Part shown: piece by piece, positions 1-10,848 of the stretch
How the letters are laid out: each line of letters opens with the position of its first letter
Numbering within the stretch: the stretch's first letter is position 1
Assembly: GCA_000004695.1 (NCBI GenBank)
Contig: CM000152.2
Coordinates: 2,208,001 to 2,272,000 of the forward strand
Reading direction: 5' to 3'
DNA from: Dictyostelium discoideum
Taxonomy: Eukaryota
DNA length: 64,000 nt
The notes under the pieces: generated by a model
Told to the model about the DNA's origin: nothing
Seen by the model: the letters and a program-made list of their open reading frames with translations, nothing else
Databases searched by the model: none
Translations under genes and position numbers: made by a program

Positions 1-42
1 AATGATGTTGTTGTTGTTGTTGTTGAGCATGATTTAAATTTA

Positions 43-91
<49 letters not shown>

Positions 92-339
92 TACATTATC
101 ATGATAACTATTATTTAATTCGTTCTCCTTTTCAGGTTGTAAATAAATCGAAAATAGTTGTTCTTCTTGTTGGCTACCATTGGAATTATGATTTATATAA
201 ACTTGAGATTGTGCATTATTATGTTGAATATTATTATGATTTTGATTATTATTGTTATTATTATGATTTTGATTATTATTATTACTATTATTATTATTAT
301 TACTACTACTACTATTATTATTATTATTACTACTACTAC

Positions 340-391
<52 letters not shown>

Positions 392-577
392 AATTAAACC
401 ATTTGATTGTTTATTTTGTTGTTGAATTTGTTGTTGTTGTTGTTGGAAATTATTAAAAACATTTGCATTCTTTTTAAATTTATTTGGGCTATCGGGAACG
501 ATACTTGATGCAAAATCGATACCAAGATCTTGAGTTTGGAATAAGTTGTAAATGGAGTCACCTTCAATAAGACTCAT
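1..577 (-). CDS. 5' portion of an Asn/Gln-rich protein gene (product unknown). ATG at 577-575; continues beyond the window start.
   Basis: The minus strand reads aaaaaATG AGT CTT ATT GAA GGT... = MSLIEGDSIYNLFQTQDLGIDFASSIVPDSPNKFKKNANVFNNFQQQQQQIQQQNKQSNGLIYNNNNN..., open to position 1. The A-rich context before the ATG is typical of Dictyostelium. The plus-strand ORFs 158..397 and 211..456 are antisense or off-frame readings of its (AAT)n repeats. Confidence 0.5.
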
Positions 578-2280
578 TTTTTCAATTGGAAATTATTATT
601 ATTATTATTAATAATTAAATAGATTAGATACCAATCGTTTATTAATATTATTATTGTTGTTGTTATTGTTGGTGATATTATTATTTTATTTGTAGATTTT
701 TATTAATAAATATTAATTATACGTAATACTATTTATTTTGATTGAATTTATTATTATTATTATTATAAACGTTTTAGTTTTTAGTAAATTCTTTTTTTTA
801 ATTTTTTGAATTTGTTTGGATACAATCGTTTCAATAAAAGAGAAAAAGAATAAATTATAAAGTGTAAATTTTAAAATATTTGGTGGCAAGTGTTTCTAAT
901 TGAATTTAAGAATTTTATGAATAATGAAAAAAATATATTAATATTTACTATTTTATTTTATTTATTTATTTATTATTTAATTATTTAATTATTATTATTT
1001 TTTTATTATTTTTTTTTTTTTTTTTTATTTTTTTTATTTTTTTTTTATTACTATTATTATTATTTTAAGGGTATAACAACAAAGTAAAAACAATATAATA
1101 TTTGAAATTATTTGTATTATTATTATTATTATTATTACTATTAAAAGTCTTTAAAAACAATTTTTAAATTTACTATTACTACTCTATTATTATTTTGAAT
1201 TTTAAATAATGAGATTCAGAACAAAATGGGTAGTGAATAGAAAAAAATTTTAAATTTTTAAATATATATTGGATATATATTATTTATAAAAAAAAAAAAA
1301 TTACAAATATTAAAATTTTTAAAAAATAAATAAAATATTATTTTATCTAAAAGTAATAAAAATTCAATCTATATGACTAATTATTTGTAATGGTTTTCCA
1401 AATTTTCATACCAAAAGTAATAGATAATGTTGTTTTTTTTTTTTTTTTTATTAATGCATTGAAAAAAAAAAAAAAATTAAATAATTAAATAAATAAATAA
1501 ATAAATAAATTATTATAAAAATAATAAAAATAATAATAATAAAATTAAGTTGCAGTTAAAAGAAATATTATTTTATAAATTTAACAAAAATAAAGTGCAA
1601 TGAATAAAATAGGTTTTAAAAAATTTTTTAATATTATAAAAAAAAATAAAATGATAATAATAAAATAATAAAAATAAACAGTTTGTTTTGAAAATAGTAT
1701 TACTACCTTTGAATTTTTGTTTTTGTTTTTCTTTTTCTTTTTTTTTTTTTTTCTAAAAGTTATTATTATTTTAATTGAGGTTATTTATTTTTTATTATTA
1801 TTATTAATGCTTAATATTGGTAAATTTGATTTTTGAAATAATATTGAAAAAATAAAAAAAAAAATATAATAAAATTTATTTTTATTTTATTTGCAATCAC
1901 AATTGTTGATGATTATTTGTAATTTTAAAAAAAAAAATTGATTTTTTGTTTGTGTTTTTGATGTTGGGAAAAAAACAAATTAAATAAAATAAAATAATTT
2001 AAATAAATAAATAATTAAATAATTTTTAAATAAAAATAATTAAAAATTATCAAGTTAAAAAAAAAAAACGGAATTAATAAAAGATTTTTTATCAATGAAT
2101 GAATTATTATGGAGGTGTATAAAAAATATTTGATTATATTATTTTCTTTTATAATTTTATTGAAAGTGGAAAAAAAAAAAAAAACAAAAAAAAAAAAATT
2201 ATTATTATGGTGTGTGGTTTATAAAAAATAATTATAATTATAATTTTATTTTAAATAAATAATTAAAATTATTATTTGTT

Positions 2281-2480
2281 TTAAAATTGGGTGTGGAACA
2301 CATGTATATGTGGTAAGTATATATAAATATTTATTGTGGTGTTATATATTGTGTATGTGTGTGTTTGGGTGTGTGTGTGTATGTGTGAGTCCAACCTTTC
2401 ATTGTGACATTGTTGACTAGATTAAAATGTGGTGATGTTTTGGTGTATTTGTGGTTGTTTTTAAAGAAGGGGTGTGTATA
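2281..2480. promoter_or_regulatory. GT-rich block (gggtgtgg, gtttgggtgtgtgtgtgtatgtgtgag, ggtgtatttgtggttg) inside a roughly 4-kb ORF-free intergenic region.
   Basis: Direct reading. This is a strong local departure from >85% A+T. It is G-box/CA-element-like, reading CA-rich on the minus strand, which is sense for the gene starting at 577. Confidence 0.3.
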
Positions 2481-2580
2481 TGATTGATCTGCGACAATTT
2501 CTATTTCATTTTTTTATTTGATAATAAAACAATAACAATATTTCTCAAACCAAAAAAGAAATTTAAAAAAAAAAAAAAAA

Positions 2581-2940
2581 AATGACACACCACCACACAT
2601 AATTTTAATGATTTTTTAAAATAACAAAAGTTTAATATATAATTGGGTATGGGTGATGATATAAAGTTAAATATCATTCTACATGCATGTATTTTGAGAA
2701 CGATAGATTAAAAAACCAAAAACCCACATTAGAATTGAGTTTAAATGGGGGGATGGGATTATTATAAAAAATAATGAAATAAATTAGGATAAAATTAGAA
2801 TTTTAAAAAAAAAAAAAAAAAAACTAAACATAAATATTACCACCAACACCACCCCCCATTCATATATTATAGATAAAAATAACAATGACAGGAAAATTTT
2901 AAAAACATACCAACACACACACACATATAAACCACACATT
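2581..2940. promoter_or_regulatory. CA-rich blocks (cacaccaccacacat, accaccaacaccacccccc, ccaacacacacacacatataaaccacacat) on the plus strand, sense for the GPCR gene at 4555.
   Basis: Direct reading. It mirrors the composition of the 2281-2480 block. Confidence 0.3.
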
Positions 2941-3771
2941 TTATTTTTTTATTTTATTTTATTTTTAATTTTTTTTTTTTTTTTTAAAAAAAATATTTTA
3001 ATATGGAAATAGATAAAAAGACATTTGTCGTGTGATATTATAATTATCACTTACCTTTTTAATGTATTTTAAAAAGAAAGTGATAACAATAAAATAAATA
3101 ACTATTCCAATAAGGAAAATAAAAAATATAGAAAATAGAAGAGAAATAAAATAAAACAAAATAAAAAACTATTTATGTTGCAATATATGATAATTCTTCT
3201 TTATTTCCTTTCTATTATTTCATTTTTTACCGTTAAAAAATGTGAACCCAATTTTTTATATAGGAGTAAATACAAAAAAGAAATAAAAATGATATAAACA
3301 AAGTTGATGAAAAGTTGTAAAAGATGAAAATAAACTAAAAAAAAATGAAAAACAATATTTTAAATAATTTAAAAATTTAATATTAACTAAAAATATATAT
3401 ATATATATAATACTAACTATTAATTGTAAAATTATTATAATTTCTAAAATTCTTTTAATTATACTTTACAGATTATTTTCAATGATTTAATTTTTTATTT
3501 TTTTTTTTTTGGAAAAAATTAATTTTTATGATTATTTATTTAATTTATTTAATTATTTTTTTATATTTATTATTTATTATTTTTTATTTTAAACAATTTA
3601 TTTTTACTTTATTTTTTTTTTTCTTTCTTCTTTTTTTATTTTTATTTATTTAATATAAAGAAAAATATTATTAGTTAATTAAAAACTAAAGTAAAGAGAA
3701 AAAAAGAAAAAGAAAAAGAAAAAAAAAATTTTTTAATCTATTAACTATAGTTTACAAGGTGTTTAAAAAAT

Positions 3772-3811
<40 letters not shown>

Positions 3812-4351
3812 AACCCTCTCTTGATTTTCTTTTTTCTCCCATTTTATCGGAGTGTGGTGGTTTTTACTTTTAATATTTTCATTTTGATTTTTAAAAACCA
3901 ATATTGATATGGAATCGATTTTTTAAAATTTTGTTTTTACTATATCAATACATAATAAAAATATATTTTTTTTAATTTTTTTTAATTTTTTTTTTTTTTT
4001 TCTAAACACACCTTTTTTTTTTTTTTTTTTTTTTTTTTTATTTTCCAAACACATTTTTTTTCTTTTTTTTGTTTTTATTGGGCCGACTTAATTTTTCCAA
4101 AAAAAAAAAAAAAAAAATAAAAATAAAAATTAAATTTAATTTTATTTAATTTAATATGAGACACTTTATTTTAATTCTCTCCCCAAACCATAGATATAAA
4201 AAACCATTACCAAATTTATTCTTAAAAAACTTAATTTAATCTTTATTTTTTATATTATTTTTTTTTTTTTCCCATTTTTTTTTTTTTTTTTTTCTTCCCA
4301 TTATTTTAAATTTTTTTTTTTTATTTTTTTTTTTAAATCCTTAACAAAAAC

Positions 4352-4382
<31 letters not shown>

Positions 4383-4554
4383 AATCCAAACAAAAAAAAA
4401 AAAAAAATAATATCCCAAATAAACAAATAAAATTTTTTTTAACTACCACATATCCAATAAACACTAACAACTAAAAACAAAAAAAAAAAACTAATAATAA
4501 TAATAAAAACAAAAAAATAAAAAATAAAAAAAATATAAAAAGAAAAAAGGAATA

Positions 4555-6173
4555 ATGTCCTCTATTATATTTATTCCAAATGATGCTGATAATATAAATT
4601 CAATAATGGTAACAATTTCATCATCATTATCATTAGTAGGATGTTTATTCATTCTTTCTATTTATATTTATTATAAAGAGTTAAGGGAATTTCAACTTAA
4701 ATTAATTTTTATAATGACAATAAATGATTTTATAATTTCAATAATATTTTTAATAGCAACACATATCCAAACAAAATATTTTGACGCCATAACAAATGTT
4801 TTCCCCTTCTTTTGTAATTTCCCCGATTCATTATTACATTATTTTTTTTTATCTTCATTTTTTTGGGAAGTTTGTATTGCTCATACATTAATTCAAGGTA
4901 AATTAAAGTTAACTTTTTTTTTTTTTTAAAAAAAATAAAAAAAAAAAAAATCAAATACTAATTTTAAATTTAAAATATATTATTATTATTGTTATTATTA
5001 TTGTTATTATTATTATTATTATTATTTTTAGTTATAAAATATAATAATGATAAAGTTGAAGATAATTTAAAGAAATATTTTATATTTTCAAATGGACTTT
5101 CAGCATTAATAATGGTATCATTATTTTTTATAAGAAGTTATAGTAAAATCGATTGTCATCATGATTCAATCTTTCCCCATCTTTTATTCTTTATACCATT
5201 ATTGTTAACTTGGATTTACAATATTATAGTTTGTGCATTATTAACCAAAACATTTAAAGAACAAGCAATGAATTTTGGCTACTCTTTAGGTATTAATGGT
5301 GGTAGTGGTAGTTATATAAACTTTACTAATAACAATAGTATTGATAATTACTCAAATATAATCATTAAAAATGATTTAATAATAAATAATAATAATAATA
5401 TCAATGTCAATAATAATAATAATAATATAAATATATTATTTCATGTCAATGTCAATAATAATAATAACAAAATAATAATAGTTTAAATTTAATAATAGTA
5501 TTAATAATATAAACATTAATAGTATCAAAATAATGGTAGTAGTAGTGTTAAAATAATTCAAAGAAAAGAATTAGAAAAACACCAAATATAATATGGACAT
5601 CAATTTTCTTTTTATTTTCATTTGGATTCATTTGGTCATGGTCAATATTGGTGATAATATTGAAATATTTATCATTGGATGTAAAGTATATTCTAATGAT
5701 ATCCTATTTCTTTATTCCATTACATGGTTGTATGAATGCAGTTTGTTTTGGTGTAAATGATAGACTTAGAATGAATCTCAAGAAAAGTTGTAAAAATTAT
5801 TATTATAAATTTTTAGGTTTATTTAGTTTAGATAAAAGGAAATCATATGGTATAAATGGAAATAATAAAAATAATAAAAATAATAATGGGGCTAATTGTG
5901 AAGAAAGAAGTTTAATTGATTATTCTCCTGATGATGATGATGATGAAGATGATGATAATAATAATAATAATTATAGCGATGGAAATTATTATCAAATTCC
6001 TTCACCTTTTTTAATTGATAGTAGAAATTCTTCAAATTTAACAGATTATTCTGTAATTTTAGATAATAACAATAATAACAATAATAATGGTCCTTATAAT
6101 CCAACAAGATCTAACTCCATTACTGAATTACTTTATAATAATATAAATAGTTTAAATGCAATTAGAATTTTAA

Positions 6174-6242
<69 letters not shown>

Positions 6243-6319
6243 TCAATAATAATGATAACAATAATAATAATAATAATAATAATAGTTTTTGTACAATAGA
6301 TGAAGATGAAACCAAATAA
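4555..6319 (+). CDS. cAMP-receptor-like (cAR/Crl family) 7TM GPCR. Exons are about 4555..4897, 5032..(5290-5480), and (5564-5575)..6319; the second intron boundaries are unresolved.
   Basis: The three ORFs at 4555, 4989 and 5648 sit in three different frames and are joined by introns. Intron 1 has donor caag|GTAAAT at 4898 and acceptor ...attttTAG at 5030-5031 (phase 1), giving ...WEVCIAHTLIQG/VIKYNND. The product has 7 TM segments. Its TM3 (FFWEVCIAHTLIQVIKY) aligns to cAR1 CWLWTLCLAISIYMLIVK, and its TM7 (IPLHGCMNAVCFGVN) aligns to cAR1 LSVSHGFWASVTF. Intracellular loop 3 and the C-tail are poly-Asn rich. Stop at 6317-6319. Confidence 0.7.
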
Positions 6320-6565
6320 ATTTAATTAGTTGTAAATAAAATAAAAAATTTTTTATTTCATAGTTTAACTATTTTTATTTTGTTTTTATTTTTATTTTTG
6401 TTTTTATTTTTATTTTTTTTTATTTTTTTTTATTTTTTTTTTTTTGGCACGAGAAAAAACGAACGATTTTTTTTTTTTTTTAATTTTTTTTTTTTTTTTT
6501 TTTTTCATTAATTGGTTTTATTTTATTTTATTTTTTTTTCTTTTTTTGGATTGATCAAATAGAGA

Positions 6566-7872
6566 ATGGATAGAGTCAATTTTAGTATTGATCAATTATT
6601 AGAGGAAACCTCTAAATTGGTTTCATTAGGTATCATTAGTAAACAAGAATGTAAAGATATTATGAAAAAAAGAGAATATCATGAAATTAAAATTTTTAAT
6701 AGAAATTCTCATAAATCTGATTTCTTGACATACATCAAATATGAATTAGAATTAGATAGATTATTTCATAAAAGGGGTAAAGCTAAAAGTAAGTTTTCTT
6801 TTTATTTTATTCAACTTTAATAATATTAATTTTTTAAAGTTTGTATATGTTTTTTTTTTTAATATTAATATTCTAACAATTTTTATTTTATTTATTATTA
6901 TTATTTATTATTATTATTATTTTAAAGATATCGAGTTTGATTATCGTTTAAGATCAGCATTAAGACATGCAATTATATTATTTGGTAGTGCAACAAAGAA
7001 ATTCCCAAAAGATGAAGCATTATGGATTAATGCATTAAATATTAGAATGAAGAGAGCAAGTAAAGAAGGTACAGGTAGATTATTTTCAATTGCACTTTCA
7101 AATTTACCAAGATCAGCAAAACTTTGGAAATTAGCAGCAACATTTGAATTTGAAGTTAATAAAAATATTCAAAATGCTAGAAATTTAATTCAAGCTGGTA
7201 TTCAATTTAATAAAACTGATAAATCATTATGGCATTATTTCTTTTTAATGGAATTAACTTATATTTCATTATTATTTAGTGATATTACTTTTATTGATGT
7301 AAGTTTTTTTTTAAAAATAATGATAAAATAAAATAAAATAATTAATTTTAAAATTTAAAAGAAAAAAATTGAAGAAGAAGAAGAAGAAGCAATTAAATTA
7401 AATTTAGATAGTTTAAGAAAATCAGAAAAGATTGAGAAGGATGAATTCATTACATTTGGTAAAGAAATTTTAAGTGCAGATAAATTAAAACAATCATCAT
7501 TAATTAGAGGTCAAATCGCTCAAATCGTTTTTAGAAAAGCAATAAAGAGTAGTATTGGTCAAGATTTTGATTTTAGAAAACATTTTTATAAGATTGCCTC
7601 TAAATTTTTAGATATTGGAAAAGACTCTGAAAATCCAATGGGTGCTGGTGAATTACTTCAAAAAGAAATTTTGGAATCTTTAGTTACTGATTTCCCAAAT
7701 GATGATAAAACTTATATCTTTTTAGCTTCAATTGAACAATCAAAATCTTCTGAACCATCTTTATTAAAAAGATTAAATAATTCAACTAAAATTCTTAATC
7801 AAGGTTTAACTGTAATGTATTATAAATTTATAATATATAACGAATTAAATTATTTCTAATACATATATATAT

Positions 7873-7927
<55 letters not shown>

Positions 7928-8943
7928 TAGATTATTAAAAGTGAAAGTTATTTATTTAATTATATTCATTTTATTAGACAAATTATAGTTGATATTAAAT
8001 TAAAAGAAAATAAATTAATTGAAAATATTACAGATATTTTATTGAAAGCTTATAAATATTCAATTGATAATAATATATTAAAGGAAAGTGGTTATCAATA
8101 TTATATTGAATTATTATTAGAATTAGGTAAAACCAATGATGCAATTAAAGTTTCAGAAGAATCTGTTAAATTATTTAAAAATTCAAATCAACTTTGGAAT
8201 CAAAGAATTAATTTATTAATTAAAAATGAAATGGTTGTTAAATTATTTGATAATTTATCAAATAATAATGAATATAATAATATTGATAAATGTTTTGAAA
8301 TGGCAGTTAAGAATTGTACTTCTTCAACAACATCAACAACATCATCAACATCAACATCATCATCATCAAATTTATTCATTGAATACTTTAAATATCAAGT
8401 TGTTTTCAAATTTGATAAAGATTATAAAAAGATTGTAGATTTATTTGAAAAATTATTAAAACAATTAGATGGTAATGTTAAAGTTCAAAATACTCTTAAA
8501 AATTTCCTTTTAGATTATACATTTTTAAATTTACCAAAAGATAAATTAAAACAAATTTATCAATTGTAAGTAATTAATTTAATTTATAATAATAATAATA
8601 ATAAACCAAAAATCCAAATATTAACATTTAAGTATTTATTTATTTATTTATTTATTTTTTGGCAATTAGATGTTTTAATTATTTACCAATTTCCAAAGAA
8701 TTTTACCAAAAATGCATTTTATATGAAGAAGAAAGAATTGAAAAGAATATAAATGATATTAGATCATTGTATGAAAAATGTTTATCAATCAAAGAAATCT
8801 CATCAAAAGATGTTGATGTTTGGTTAAATTATAGAAATTTCGAATTAAAATCAGCTGGTGATATTGAAAGAGCAAATACAATTGCGACAAGAGGAAAGAA
8901 ATCCCTTGCTGATCCATTACCACTTCTCTCTCAATTACAATAA
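6566..8943 (+). CDS. utp6: U3 snoRNP protein UTP6 homolog (HAT-repeat protein). Exons 6566..6788, 6928..7298, 7362..7811, 7931..8565, 8670..8943, about 650 aa.
   Basis: The N-terminus MDRVNFSIDQLLEETSKLVSLGIISKQECKDIMKKREYHEIKIFNRNSHKSDFLTYIKYELELDRLFHKRGKAK matches the conserved UTP6 N-terminal domain (...LFS..EIK.IIKKR..LEYKI.RR...K.DF..YVQYE..L..L). The following HAT-like repeats (LWINALNIRMKRASKEGTGRLFSIALSNLPRSAKLWKLAATFEFEVNKNIQNARNLIQAGIQFNKTDKSLWHYFFLMEL) align with human WLSYVAFC...PALWIMAAKWE...LYKEYFRMEL. Donors are aaaa|GTAAGT (6789), gat|GTAAGT (7299), act|GTAATG (7812) and tt|GTAAGT (8566). Acceptors are at 6926-27, 7360-61, 7929-30 and 8668-69. Phases are consistent across all five exons. 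Confidence 0.75.
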
Positions 8944-9026
8944 TCTTTTTCTAAACAAAGAAAAAAAAAACAAAAAAAAAAAACAAAAAAAAAAAAAAAA
9001 AAAAAGGAAGATAAATTATATAAATA

Positions 9027-9057
<31 letters not shown>

Positions 9058-9098
9058 AAATTCATCATTATTTTTTTAAATTATTTCTATTTACAAAA

Positions 9099-9113
9099 GG
9101 GGGGGGGGGGGGG
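9099..9113. repeat. G15 homopolymer (aaaaGGGGGGGGGGGGGGGagagg) between the convergent 3' ends of utp6 and the 9133..10055 gene.
   Basis: Direct reading. It is the only long G/C homopolymer in the window. It reads G15 on the plus strand and C15 in the mRNA of the minus gene. Confidence 0.9.
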
Positions 9114-9132
9114 AGAGGTAAGAATTTTATTA

Positions 9133-9617
9133 TTATGAATCGAGTGACACAGAAAGATCAACTATTTTTTTAATATTTTCTATTTTTGTATTAATTTGGT
9201 CAACTAAAACTGTTTTTTGTTTCTCTAAATCTGTTTCTTGTCTTTTTATCTTTTTATTTTCATTTAATAGCTATATATAGTTATAATTATTATTATTGTT
9301 ATTATTATTTTGGTTAATGTTAGTAACAAAAAATAATAAAAAGTAAAAATTAATAAGTAATTACATTTTGATAGATTTTTAATAATCTTTCCCTTTCAGT
9401 CATCTTTAAATCTATGATTTGTGACATTATTTGTTCTTCAGGATTAATTATACTTGATGGAGGTGCTCTTTTATCGTTGAGAATGGTTGGTTGTTCACGA
9501 AGTAATCTTTCTAATTCACTTAATCTAATTGAAATTTGTCTTTCTTGACATATTAATTGAAAATCACTCTATACAAATATATATGTATATATTAAAATTA
9601 AATAAAGTATTGTTAGT

Positions 9618-9661
<44 letters not shown>

Positions 9662-10002
9662 ATAAAAATAAAAATTATAATGATGTAAAATATATTACCT
9701 TTATTCTTTCTGATAAAGTTTGAAATACATTTGTATAAAGATAAGATAAAAATGATTTTGTATTTAAGTTATTATTATTTAAAGATGAGTAACAATCATA
9801 GAATTTCTGAAACGGTAATTCTGATAATGATTTATCTATTACTAAATCGTGAAACATTCTTAATTTTATCATTCTAATTCCTTCTATCTCTCCTGAAATA
9901 CATTTTAAAATGTCACTCTCACCAATTTCCAAATTTAATATACCTTTATCATAATCTACATTTAGTGTTGTGGTTTTTTCTATTGTATTATTACTTGTTT
10001 TG

Positions 10003-10042
<40 letters not shown>

Positions 10043-10055
10043 TATTATTATTCAT
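9133..10055 (-). CDS. Hypothetical protein of about 232 aa, with a globular N-terminal part and a coiled-coil C-terminus. Exons 9699..10055, 9365..9568, 9133..9270.
   Basis: ATG at 10055. Exon 1 is MNNNNSNN...TIEKTTTLNVDYDKGILNLEIGESDILKCISGEIEGIRMIKLRMFHDLVIDKSLSELPFQKFYDCYSSL...FQTLSERIK|, with donor aag|GTAATA. Exon 2 is SDFQLICQERQISIRLSELERLLREQPTILNDKRAPPSSIINPEEQIMSQIIDLKMTERERLLKIYQN|, with donor aat|GTAATT. Exon 3 is LLNENKKIKRQETDLEKQKTVLVDQINTKIENIKKIVDLSVSLDS*. All three are phase 0. No family assignment is possible from memory. Confidence 0.55.
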
Positions 10056-10122
10056 TGTTTTTTCTATTTCTTGTTTGTTTTTTTTTTTAGTTTTTGTTTT
10101 TTTTTTTTTTTTTTTTTAATAC

Positions 10123-10204
10123 TTAGGCGCCTAAATTTTTTTTTTTTTTTTTTTTTGAATGAAACCTAATTATTTTTTTTATTTTTTAACATTTAGGCGC
10201 CTAA
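10123..10204. repeat. Two copies of the perfect 12-bp palindrome TTAGGCGCCTAA (10123-10134 and 10193-10204), each followed by oligo-T, about 70 bp apart, upstream of the 9133..10055 gene.
   Basis: Direct reading: aatacTTAGGCGCCTAAattttt and aacatTTAGGCGCCTAAaatttt. The GGCGCC core sits in >85% AT DNA. Confidence 0.9.
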
Positions 10205-10848
10205 AATTTTTTTCCCAAGTATAATGAATCACCAGAAGAAAGACTAGCATAAATAAAACCAAGGAGAATGAACCGATGAAATGGCCCAATAAGTAACAAA
10301 GGACAGAAGACAAGAGAAAGAACCACACCAAAGTCAAAGAATTATATTATTCTAACAATAGAAATAAACTAATTAGAGGTAGAAAGAGAAGATAATTTTT
10401 CATTATTTATTTAAAATTTTTATTATTATTGGTTTGTTGTATTAAAATTAAAAATGTAAAATACCTAAATTTTTTTTTTTTTTTTTTTTTTTTCTCCCAA
10501 CCTCAATAATAAACTATTTATACAGATAGTGTATTAAAAAAAAACAAAAAATTATTATTATTATTAATAAAAAACAAAAAATTAATAAAAAATTAATACT
10601 AATAAAACTATTATTTATTTTATTTTTTATTTATTTATCTATTTTTTTTTATTTAATTATTTATAATAAAAATCTATTTATAATAAAACTATTATTTATT
10701 TGATTTTTTATTTATTTATTTATTTATTTTTATTTAATATATATTTATTTTTTGTTTTTTTTTTTTTCATTTACCTTGATTTTTAAAATCTTAGAAATTA
10801 ACTTGTTTGGATTAATTAATCAGAAGTTAAATGATTTTATTATTTTTT

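Noticed and set aside
158-456. Plus-strand ORFs of 79 and 81 aa (poly-I/T and poly-Y).
   Set aside because: They are antisense or off-frame readings of the (AAT)n coding repeats of the minus-strand gene 1..577. They start with TTG and are pure low complexity.
10205-10345. A possible small hydrophobic ORF (about 55 codons, minus strand) in the non-AT island.
   Set aside because: It has no ATG, uses rare codons (ctc, ctg, ggc, tcc), and has an in-frame stop just upstream. The island is kept only as a non-coding candidate.
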